Origin: the human T2T-CHM13v2.0 reference genome, Homo sapiens
Direction: 5' to 3' (one strand)
Assembly: GCF_009914755.1 (NCBI RefSeq)
Contig: NC_060933.1
Length of the DNA: 64,000 nt
Below, piece by piece: positions 51,301 to 64,000 of the stretch (its first letter is position 1; every line of letters begins with the position of its first letter). The notes beneath the pieces are model-generated. The model did no database searches, was not told the origin of the DNA, and worked only from the letters and a program-made list of their open reading frames with translations. The translations under genes were made by a program, and so were the position numbers.

Positions 51301-54300
51301 ATTCAGTTTAAAATAGGTGTCACCTTTGGGGACCTAACCCAGATTGTAATTTTCTTTTGCATGCTGGGTATTCAGAACTCAGCAAAGAATGTGTTGTCAG
51401 GATTGCAACTGAGGTTGGGGGGTAAGGGTGGAGACTGGCTCATTGTTGGCAAAAGCTTCTGTTAGATTGATAAACTCTTTCCAGGTAACAGTTGGGACCT
51501 CATTGATCCCGATAGATCTTAGAAGTTCTAGCACATCTTAATTTCCTTAATAGTTTAATTGATGAAGAGCATTGATGAAGAGTTAGGAGGTCTCCCTTTG
51601 TACCTACATTTTCCGCTTTTTTAGAATGAGAAGATGAGAACGACCTCCAGTTCACATGTACGGGTGCTGTGAGGATCCAGTAGGGGAGATACAGTGCTCA
51701 GCACCAAGCAGGTGCAAGTGAGCACAATCCAATTTTACATCAAGTTACCCCTCCAGGACAGTTGCTTTGACGTGGAAGGTAGAGAGGGAGTTGAAAGGAG
51801 GGTTTGCATGGTTGGCAGAGGTGCCCTGCAGCCTCCCTGTGCAGGCTGTAAACCGTCTCTGCCCCCCTGGAAGCCGTGGAAGGTGGGTGGTATGGATGAG
51901 ATCCCATCTGACTCTGTTCCTGAGCTGTTTCTGAAGTGAGCTTGTTCATGACGGCATGGATGTGCTTGAGCCTAGCTATCCTTAACTGGTGGTGATGCAC
52001 AGGGGACATGCTTCGGGCATTCCATGCAGCCTTGCGGAACTCTCCCGTCAACACCAAGAATCAAGCTGTGAAGGTAAAGGGGTGGCGCTGCGGCTCTGCT
52101 GGGTGCTGTTGGGACCAGGGCTGTGGGTGTCTGCCCAGTGCGAGTGTGAGCTTTCATCCACATCAGAGGGAGTGAGTTGGCACTGGGCGGGGCTTCCAGG
52201 GAAGCCTCCTGGCGCTCCCTAGGTGGTGAGGCTTCTCTGACATCAACGCTGTCAGCGTTTATATACGAGAACCTCCCCACAGAAGCCTTCACTCCTGCTC
52301 ACGGCCTCGTAGGCTGAGAAGTCAGCCTGGCCCTGGCTGATGAGGAAAATGGATGAATTCGCTCACCTGTGGTGCTTATGCTCCCACAGACTGTTAAATA
52401 GGCTTTGTCTGCCTGAGGATTTTAAGTACCCGTACGCTTTCCTACCTTCTAAAAACTAAATTGTGCTTACTGCATCACCAAGTCTAAAATTTGGTTCAGA
52501 GAAAGGGGTCTCCCTGCAGCTGGGATTCTGGCAGCTGTGACAGCATCTTGATGTCACCAGTGGCTGCACCTTCACAGAGTTCTGGGGAATGGCCCCACCC
52601 TTCTGGGTGTGAACACAAGAGGGACGCTGCAGCCGAGTCAACCTGGTTTTATTTTTATTTTTTAATAGTCCACCACCATTGTGGAGTATAATAAGGCCTT
52701 ATTGGTGTCATCTAAAATAGTGATGGGCTGGGTGCCATGGTTTATGCCTGTAATCCCAGCACTTTGGGAGGCAGGAGGATCGCTTGAGCTCAGGAGTTTG
52801 AGACCAGCCTGGGCAACATAGCGAGACTTTGTCTGTATTAAAAAATAAAAAAAATAATTAGCTGGGCATGGTGGCATGTGCCTGTAGCCCTAACTGAGGT
52901 GGGAGGATTGCTTGAGCCTGGGAGAGGCTGCAGTGAGCTGAGATTGCACCACTGCACTCTAGCTCAGGCAACAGAGCGAGACCCTGCCCCTCCCTCCCTC
53001 TCTCCCTCTTTTCTCTTCTCTCTCTCTCTCTCTCTCTCTCAGAGTTGATACTTGTCCTAGTAAACTACTTACTCCCCCAAAATAAGTAGGGTAACTTGTT
53101 GGCATAAATAAAAGATACTTTGAAATTTAAATCCACAAAAGACGTTCTAACCCACTTATTTTAACCATCCTGGACGAATTAGAAACTGGGCAGTGTTTCT
53201 GGTGATCTGTGTCCTTGCTTTGGTGTGGGGCATGGCATGGCGGTGCCTGCGCAGCTCTGGGACTCACTTGCTCTTTTTCGTCTGCAGGAGCGAGCCCAGG
53301 GCGTGGTGCTGAAAGTGCTCACAAACTTCAAGAGCAGTGAGATTGAGCAGGCTGTGCAGTCACTGGACAGAAACGGCGTTGACTTGTTAATGAAGTACAT
53401 TTATAAAGGCTTTGAGAAGCCCACAGAAAATAGCAGCGCAGTGTTACTCCAGTGGCACGAAAAGGTATGTGAACGCTGCCACGCGCCCCAGTGAGCCACC
53501 TGGCTTGCCTTGGGGTTCGATCAGCAGGCCAGATTTTCCAGAACAAACGTAGGACGGTCTGATAGGCGTGTGGGGTCAGAGGACGAGCCCCAACCTGGGA
53601 CATGTCATCACTTCCCTCTCCCAAGGAAGCTCCTGGTAGGGACCTGCTGTCTGTGGTAATTGCAGTTACTTTTTTGCTTTTTAGCTGCCGATTTATGTCA
53701 GGCAAGACAGGGTGCCCTTGGTACAGGACATGTGGGCAGATAACATGGCATAGTAAGGTGGTCAGGGAGTCTAGGTAGGAAGGGGGCCTGCTGGTTGGTT
53801 GGGGCTTCATGATACTTGCAGTGGTGGAGGCAGCTGTTGGGGGTTCTTAGAAATAGAGTCCTCCAGCCAGCTCTAAGGGCTTCCTGCCCTGGCCTCAGCC
53901 TTAGCAGGCCAGAGTGAGCAGTGGGCAGAAACCTTGACCTCACTTAATATGGCCTTCGTCCAGGTGAAGCAGAAAGAGCTGTGTCTGCCCTTCGCTTGGG
54001 TCCGTGTGAGAGCAAGGCCTTTGGCAAGCCTGTGTCGTGCCTGTACCACTGGGGCTGCCTCCCACACCCTCCCCTGCACACCCCTAGTGCCGCAGTAAGC
54101 ACGCCCACCATTAAAGCAGACCAGGAGTTACTAACCTGCCTGCCTTCCTCAGAGGCTCAGTGTTGAGTTGGAAGAGAGGGGTTTTACAGTGGGCCAGTCC
54201 TTAAGGTGGTGTGGGTGCTGGGCTGTGGTTGTGGCCTTAGGTCTGCTGGCGGGTGTGCTGCACCTCCTTGGCCTCCCCTCTCCTGGGCTCAAGGAAGTAA

Positions 54301-55253
54301 ACAAGTCCTCTGTATGATGGGGAGGCCAGGACCTCTCGTCCCTTTAAGGCAGCTTGGTGCCTGCCAGTCACCTCAGCGGGCGGCAGTCAGTGGGCTTGTG
54401 TGCATCTGTAAACTCAGCACTTTGGGAGGCTGAGGCAGGAGGATTGCTGGAGCCCAGGAGTTCAAGAACAGCCCAGGCAATGTAGTGAGAACCCATCTCT
54501 ACAAAAAAATAAACTAGGCTGGGTGCGGTGGGCTCACGCCTGTAATCCCAGCATTTTGGGAGACGGAGGCAGGCGGATGACCTGAGGTCAGGAGCTCAAG
54601 ACCAGCCTGGGCAACATGGTGAAACCCCGTCTCTACTAAAAATACAAAAATTAGCCGGGGGTGGTGGCGGGCGCCTGTAATCCCAGCTGCTCGGGAGGCT
54701 GAGGCAGGAGAAGCGCTTGAACTGGGGAGGCAGGGTTGCAGTGAGCCGAGATCGTGCCATTGCACTCCAGCCTGGGTGACAAGAGCGAAACTCCGTCTCA
54801 AAAAAAATAAATTAGCCGGGCCTGGTGGTGCACACCTGTGGTCCCAGCTACTCAGGAGGATGGCTTGAACCCAGGACATCAAGGCTGTGCAGTGAGCTGT
54901 GATCTGGGCAACAGAGTGAGACCCCATCTCAAAAGGGAAGCTCGAGGGCTCTGCTTTGTGTGCTGGTGACAGTGTTCTCAAGCCAGTTCTGCCCAAGAGC
55001 CAACAGCTCTCGGGACCCCACGGCTCCAGGACAGGGCTCCTTCCCTAGAATGTGCTCTATCTCAGGAATCCTCTTTCGAGGATCTGTGACGGGATCTAGG
55101 TCAGGGAATGTCCCCCCTGTCTCTGGCAAGCCAGGCTCCCCTTGGCCAGCCAGGTCTCATCTGACACGTTTTCTTTTCCTGCCCCCACAGGCCTTAGCAG
55201 TAGGAGGACTAGGCTCCATTATAAGAGTTCTTACAGCAAGAAAGACTGTTTAA
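47600..55253 (+). CDS. ARPC5L: Actin-related protein 2/3 complex subunit 5-like, 153 aa; join(47600..47748,52001..52073,53288..53464,55191..55253)
   Basis: [85 protein letters not shown]...[25 protein letters not shown], p16-Arc family. Kozak GCCATGG; the frame closes with an AT-AC first intron. Confidence 0.97.
50043..50222 (+). mobile_element. MER20 (hAT-Charlie) remnant
   Basis: CAGTGGTT...GATTTTGC...GGAGACATTTT...CCAGTGGGCAGAGGCC...TGTCAGTTGTGCCG. Confidence 0.65.
50622..50916 (+). mobile_element. AluY inside the ARPC5L U12 intron
   Basis: GAGATCGAGACCATCCTGGCTAAC, GAATGGC and GCGGAGCTTGCAG diagnostics; TSD-like GAGTTACAA flanks. Confidence 0.85.
52726..54935 (+). mobile_element. Alus in ARPC5L introns (about 52726-52985 with TC-rich tail; nested pair about 54415-54935)
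   Basis: Alu consensus. Confidence 0.85.
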
Positions 55254-55257
55254 AAAA

Positions 55258-56024
55258 AATAAAAAGACTCATGTTACCTTGAGAAGAATTCTGGATGCCC
55301 AGGCTGGTGAAGAAGGGATTGACAATGGACCATCTTCCTAGGAACTCCCAAGTAAACTATTTCAGGACATGTATCTGCTGAAATGTATTTTATTTTCAAG
55401 GTGGAGGGGAAAATCGTCTGTTTCCTAAATCCTGTTTAGGATCTGATAGTCTATGCCTTTGTCTCCGAGTACTGCAGAACTGACATTTTGACGGTCTACC
55501 AGCGTGGCGGCTGGTGTTGGTCAGATGCACCTGTGTGCACTGGGGGAGGGATGGTTTGGGCAGGTGCAGATCCAAGGGCTGTGGTAAACGGGAGAGCTTG
55601 TGTTTTTGAAGTGGAAAAAAACCCAAGAGTTTGTACAGACATCCTGTCTTCCCAGAGAAGGTGGACACTCTTGGGCTCATTGTAAAGTGCCTGCTGCATC
55701 AATAAAGCTCTTGGCTTATTAGTCTATACATTGCGGTGTGTTTCGTGTATGTAAAAAAAAATGGTAATGAATGGGATGGTAATGAATGAGAGTTCAGTTG
55801 TTGTTCCGGAAACCCGATGTGGAAGGAGTAGACCTGTGTCCCTGTTGAGCCACCCCTGGGAGCGAGCATGGCAATCCACAGGCCCTCTGCCACAGGACGC
55901 CAGCCTCGGCCTCAGAGCTGCCGGCTGCTGCAGAGAGGTGTTTGCTGAATAAACTATTTATTGTTTCTTATTCCTTTGATTTGTATGTAATTAATTTTGG
56001 AGCTTATTTAATTAATTTAATAAA
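55258..56024 (+). terminator. ARPC5L: ARPC5L 3'UTR with four AATAAA signals (55258, 55701, 55948, 56019)
   Basis: Hexamers read directly; a GU-rich tract follows the 55701 site. Confidence 0.7.
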
Positions 56025-56517
56025 GTGCCAAACATTTAATAATTGATCTAGGCTTTAAAAGTCTTCAGTTTGTGGGATTGCACTTGGAATCTTTTGAGGG
56101 TGGGGCCTCAGATGTGCCTGGTCACGTCTCCTGATGCTGGGTTGGCTGTGCTGCAGAATCACTGCTGCATGGACAAGCTTTCTTTAAAGAACTAAACGTC
56201 AGAAATGGGGAGCAATCAATCAGCAAATAGATGGTATAATTTGGTTCCCCATAACCAATAACAGAGCTTCTCTGAAGGGCAAAAATGCTTTTCTTTCCTT
56301 TTCAGCACATGTGACTGCAGCTTGCATTCTGTTAAAGGTTAGGGCCCCATTCACACTCCAGAAGCTCCTCTGGGTCATACAGCCTTTGGATACAGACTTT
56401 GACCAAAGTGACACAGTCCTCCCCTCCACAGCTCTCCCCTCCTCAGTCCCTCTTCAGAACCACTGCAATTCTTGGGGGGGGTAGAATGGGGCTGTTGGCT
56501 TCATTAAATTACGTATA

Positions 56518-58842
56518 TTTATTCACCCAAATCCAGTCTGGGAAGGTTCTTTCTGAAAGAAAGACAAACATTCTCTAGCCCTTGAGGTTGGCCTTGGAGT
56601 GTTAAATATGAGACACAAAATACCAGATTTAATGAGTCAAAGAAATACTGACACACCAAACTAGTAAAATCCATTGTAGTTGCATCTGGATTGAAGAGCT
56701 TTAATCAAAAAGTGTATTGCACCACAGATGAATTTGCTACAGCAGTTTTCAAGAATACAATCCCTATTTACAACATGGAAGGAGAGCTCAAGATCCATCG
56801 CTCGTATAAAGGGCTATAGATACCGTCGCTAACACAGAAAGTTTTATACAAGTCAAAGTGCATTAAATCACTTAGAATATTTATTCCACTCTTCCTCTTA
56901 AAGCTGAAGGAAATTCAACATGCAGGAGGAAAGCCTAGTCAGTGAAGCCTCCCTAAAGTGAGTACAGACCTAGGAACGGGCCCCACAGCTACACCTGAAA
57001 CTGCCGAGGAGTGGGGCCTGGGGTGCGTGTGGGACCAGTTCAATGGCTGGAGAAGCCACGGAGGCAGCGGACGGGCTTCTGTGGAAATGTAGCTGCCTTT
57101 GGCTGGCTGTGAGCTACCCAGTCTTAGAGATTCTTTCCTGGAACAGTTGAAAAAGGAAATCCTACTTTGAAAAAAGGCTACCTCTTACCCATCAAACTTG
57201 CAGAACAGAAGAGACTCCTGTTTCGTGTTCCCACCAGGTAAATGGAAATTCGTGTTCTAAACAAGGGATAACTGTCTGCAAGGAGGAGCCAGAGGAGGAG
57301 GTTAGTCACTGGAGAAGCGGCCTCTGGAAGGCAGAGAGCCTGAGCTGGGACTAAGGAGATGCTGCCCTGACTTGGTTCTTCATGGAAATTTCGTTAGGTT
57401 AACGTTGCAAATGCGTGTTTTTCTGTGACACATTTTATATACCTATTTTGGCCCTAAGCATGATTGAGAAATACAACTTTCCATCACTGGATAATGGATA
57501 ATAAATTTAGAGGCTCCAGTTATTAATTTAGTTTTTTATTTAACCAGTGAAACTTTCATCAAACAATAAACGGTTTCCTTTTAGATTCAATATTGTGGCT
57601 TTTCCAGAACCAGCATGTTCCCTTTCCTCAGTAAACGAGGAATCCATAAAACAAGTTTTTGTTGGTTACTACCAGAGTCATGTGCATGCTACAAGTGCTG
57701 CAGCCAGCTGGGCGCCGTCTGGGTGTAGTGTCATTTTAAGTATTTGGGGTGGGATGAGGGAGAGAGAGCAGCTCCACAGACAAGGCAGACTGCCCCAGTG
57801 TCTCCATCGAGGCTGGGGGACAGCTGCTGCCCCCACTGGAGACAGCGGACTGTCCTTCAGTAGAAGACAGGTGGTCTGCATCGCCCAGCGGCAGCGCAGC
57901 ACAGAATCAAGACAAAGCACACGAGATCCCACTGCACTTCAGAGGGAGCAGTGCCAGAGTGCGAGTGAGAAGACAAAGGAACAGGAATCCTAGTTTTAGG
58001 AAGAATTTCCTCTGGACGCTCTGATTTTAAGAACACCAGTTAAATGGATTTTATAGTACAGAAGACATGTTTATAGTAGTGAAGAACTTCAGCTATAAAA
58101 AATAGTTTAAAATGGTTTACCAGCAACCTATCCAAGACAAGTACATTCATTAAAAAGGCAATTGAGTGTATTTGGTACTAAGGGTCTTTTCATATATTTG
58201 CTAGTTTTCTTAAGTAAAGTGGAGATACTGTCAGAAAGGTGCATTTTCTCATTCATCCACACCGGCCCTTAAAGATGGATCCTCTAAAGTTCTAGGTGGT
58301 TTGAGAGACAGGGTGAAAGAATATTTTCTTGAGAGGAAGGGATAAAAAGCTTCTAACTCATCTGAATTTTTAAAAGCCACTCCCATAGAGTTCCCATGGA
58401 GTTGGCTGTTCCTGGCAGAGGCAGGTGGGTTTGGCCTGCTGGGCACCATCTCAAAGGGCCGTCTCTACCTCCAGTAGCAGCGCTACATGGTGACTCAGGT
58501 GTGCCTGCCAGATGCTGATGGCTTCAGCTGTAAGTGCTACCGTGAAGTTAGAGGATTCAGGTGCAGATGGGGTGCTGGCTGGAGCTGGGATATTAGCAGC
58601 ACTGTGGAAATCTGGGTAGTGCCAGGACCCTCCTGTTTGGTGACCAGAATGACAGGATCAGCTACCCCCTGAGGTTCAGGTCAGCCTGCAGGGAAGTGGG
58701 CCTTAGTCTTGTAAACAATGTTTAGACACTTGTACAAAATACTGCAGTTACAGTGATTAAAAACCCACCCAGACTGGTGTGTCAGTGTTCTTTTCACAGA
58801 AAAAGTGTCAACCCACGGAGCTCCATCCTTGGGTAGTCCCCT
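56518..58842 (-). other. GOLGA1: GOLGA1 3'UTR with candidate poly(A) signals (AATAAA 57535-57540, 56880-56885, 56518-56523; ATTAAA 56700-56705, 56628-56633)
   Basis: Alu-free, AT-rich sequence downstream of the stop. The true 3' end cannot be determined from sequence alone. Confidence 0.65.
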
Positions 58843-60882
58843 CTAGGACCATGGTATCCGAGGGTTTGAGATAGACGGCCGGATGCTGCCCTTGGGAGCT
58901 GGTTTGGACCCAAACCATGACATCTGCATTTGAAACAGAAAAGGCTTCTGAGATGCAAATCAGGACTTGGTGCCAGGGAAACTGAACCGCCCCTCCCCTC
59001 CCGTGAGCCTGTCACTCCTGCCCCCCACACATCCTGCCTCTGGCTCTGAGCAGAGCAAGAAGATGGTGCCAGTAACCAGTCTGCAGGCCCGTGCTCAGTA
59101 CAGGAGGGAAATGAGAGAAAAACACTGAGTTGACAGGAACAAGGTAGTGGAACTGCAGGTATTTTTTCCTATTAGAGCATTTATGCAGACGCTTTTGGAA
59201 TCTGAGTGCTGAGCCAGACCTGGGGCTCTCGATAAAGCGCTATCAATGAAAATGCTTTGAAAAATACGTGGCCTGTTGGTCAAGTACAGCACAGACATTT
59301 GGGCACAAAGGATGTCATCGCTAAAAAGTGCTTGGATCAAGTTCATCCAAAAGCAGCCAAGCTGATCATGCAGCTGTGCTGGTGCCTACACTCGGGTGTG
59401 GGTCTAAGGGGTCTTACACTGCTACTGCTGGGATAACTGACAACGTATCTTGGAAGCTGGAACAGTAGACCAGAGAACCCTACCTTATACTCCAGAGTTT
59501 CCTTGAGCATGTTCTCCTCCTCTTGGGAAAAGTTCAGCAACACTGACACAGCTTTTATAAGATGAAAAGCCTGAAACACAGTAAGTTTTGCTGCCATAGG
59601 CCTTGGTGAAGGTGAGGCGGGGTGGGGTCGGGGGAGCTACGTGGCATTTCCTGCTTGCTTTGGTTAGCAGGACCAGGTGGTGGGTGACGCTCTGGCACTC
59701 TGAAGTTTGGCAGCAATGATAGGTTCTTTCTTCCCCTGCATCCTCGGGGGCCTGGCAGGCTTAAGGGAACTGCCCCAGCAGCTACCCTACCCTTTGGCAG
59801 GACCCAGGAGCGATGGGTGGATTCCGTTCCCGGCTTCCGGCCTCTGGCCTCAGCACCCAGGCCAGGATTTAGAAGTGGAGCCTATGTCTCCCACCAGGAG
59901 CCAGTTCCTGCACGGCCTCTCCCGCCAGCCGCTCACTCCGCAGGCCAACGCCAGCAGGAGAAATGACTGGGTGACCACAAGGGCGTCAAACCAGGATGTA
60001 CGAGGAAAAGAGAGAAAGGGGCTGGGCAGGGGTCCCTGCAGGACAGACTGTAGGGCGGGGCCTCAATACCCAAAAGACACCTCAAAAGCCCTTTACCTCG
60101 GATTCGCGACAAGACATGAATTTTAAAACCACATGTTTAAGGTACTCAAAGTTGATCTCGCGGGCATCTGTCAGGTCAGTGTTATTCGTGACGGAAGGCG
60201 CCATGTTTGCCATCTCAGGTCCAGGTTTCTCCCGGACTTCGAAGAGCTCATTATCGGGTCTGATTTTCTGAAAAACCAGTGGGAAAGATGCTACACCGAA
60301 CCCTCTGAGACAGGTGGAAAAAATCACACGGGAGGTTCACCTGGTCCAAACTATGATCACTATCGTAGGGCAAAAAGGGCCCCACCTGGGAAGGAAGCAC
60401 CTCCAGGTAGGCTTGAGGAGGGAGTGACATCGTTTGGGTAAATTCAGACATTCCGTTTTCCATGGCAAGAACACACGTCCCTGGGGCCTGAAGCTGCTCG
60501 CATCCCGCATCAGGCCAAGCACTCTGCCACACACACACACTGTTAGAGCATCACTGCGCTGGCGTGGCAGGCAACCCCACTTCCAGATGAGGATGCAGGC
60601 TCAGAGAAGGCAGGAACAGGGCTGTAGCCACGGAGCTGCTTCAGAGGTGCATGCAGGCTGGCAGGCTGTCCCACCAGCTAACGTTGGATTGCCCAGCGAT
60701 CCCTTGCAATTAATTAGGGGGTGGAGGGAGCATAGTCAGGCGGCGAGGGACCTCAGGAGGACCGGGCACAGGCAGCAGGGGGAGTGCTGGGAAGTGGGGC
60801 CAGCTCCCATGCGAGTACTCACCAGCTCCTTCTGCAGAGTCTTCCGGAGCTCCAGCATCCGCTGCTGCATCTGCTTTATGGT
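58843..60882 (-). CDS. GOLGA1: Golgin A1 (golgin-97), last four coding exons including the GRIP domain; complement(join(58843..58923,59484..59570,60097..60267,60823..60882)); 5' part lies beyond the window
   Basis: [36 protein letters not shown]...[79 protein letters not shown] signature [10 protein letters not shown]; all junctions are phase 0 GT-AG. Confidence 0.96.
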
Positions 60883-61397
60883 CTGCGACAAGCCCCACCC
60901 CACAGAAAGCCAATCATTAGATGCATGTTTCACCAAAGGAAACAGACCCGAAGATCCCACGGGATCCCCTGTACACCTGTGAGGAGCCTCTGCCCTGAGA
61001 AGTCATCCTGAGAGGCTGGTGCTCAGCTGTCGCATGCTTGTGCCTACGACTGTTGGGCTGTCATCCCTCTTGGGCCACTGCTTTCACACGCTTGAGTCTC
61101 CACGTCCCACAGGGGCCACAGTCCCTCTGTGTTGACATGAGTGCCCCAGCGCTGCCTATCCCTTCCCGGGGGCTTGGTCCACCACACACAGCCCAGCTGG
61201 AAAAGGCTCTGGACCATAGATTTTGCCCTCAAAATTCGATTTTTATGCTGTGATCCCCAAGTAGGATACTTAGGCGAGGACTTACGGTTCTCATCACTAC
61301 TGCTCTCTTGAAATACATTAATAATCTGCAATGCTTATTTTGAACACCCTAAAAAGATCATGGTTTTTCTGCACAACTCATCAACATCCAGTTTTAG

Positions 61398-63816
<2,419 letters not shown>

Positions 63817-64000
63817 TCAATAATCAAATCCACAGTGTATCAGAGGGTATGAAGAGGCATGGAGAAGAGGCAGCATGGTGAGGGAGGGTGGGGTTCTGGT
63901 GGTGAGGCTGGTCAGGGTGGCATAAAGAAAGTGAGGATGACCAGGGAAAGGCACTTCCAAACGGAAGGCTCAGCAAGTGCCAAGGCCCTGAGGTTGGAGG

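Larger units (their letters stand above)
47749..52000 (+). other. ARPC5L: U12-type (minor spliceosome) AT-AC intron of ARPC5L
   Basis: 5' splice site ATATCCTT at 47749, branch site TCCTTAAC at 51979-51986, terminal AC at 51999-52000, no polypyrimidine tract. Confidence 0.95.

Noticed and set aside
51542-51583. Second U12 branch-like motif TTTCCTTAAT beside a 13-bp tandem duplication
   Set aside because: Imperfect match with no supporting exon downstream; likely chance.

Overview
Human genomic DNA (a human-specific AluYb8 is present), recognisable as the WDR38-RPL35-ARPC5L-GOLGA1 cluster on chr9q33.3. Roughly 1-31 kb is Alu-dense intergenic sequence. It also holds old L1/MIR/MaLR/MLT2 fragments, two long simple repeats and a solo LTR12C inserted inside an Alu. 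Four tightly packed genes follow, with exon boundaries reconstructed by hand from splice signals and reading frame. WDR38 (+) has 9 coding exons and 314 aa. RPL35 (-) has 4 exons, 123 aa and a TOP/TCT promoter, and ends tail-to-tail with WDR38. ARPC5L (+) has 4 coding exons and 153 aa, and its first coding intron is a U12-type AT-AC intron. GOLGA1 (-) contributes its last four coding exons (GRIP domain) and 3'UTR, convergent with ARPC5L. I see no convincing new biological system. The best leads are (i) a phase-consistent three-exon structure divergent from WDR38 that could be a gene relic or lncRNA, (ii) a U2-type mini-exon inside the ARPC5L U12 intron that could give an in-frame alternative N-terminus, and (iii) layered post-transcriptional control signals on WDR38. 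All three are inference and need data. Repeat subfamily calls and repeat edges are by eye and approximate.
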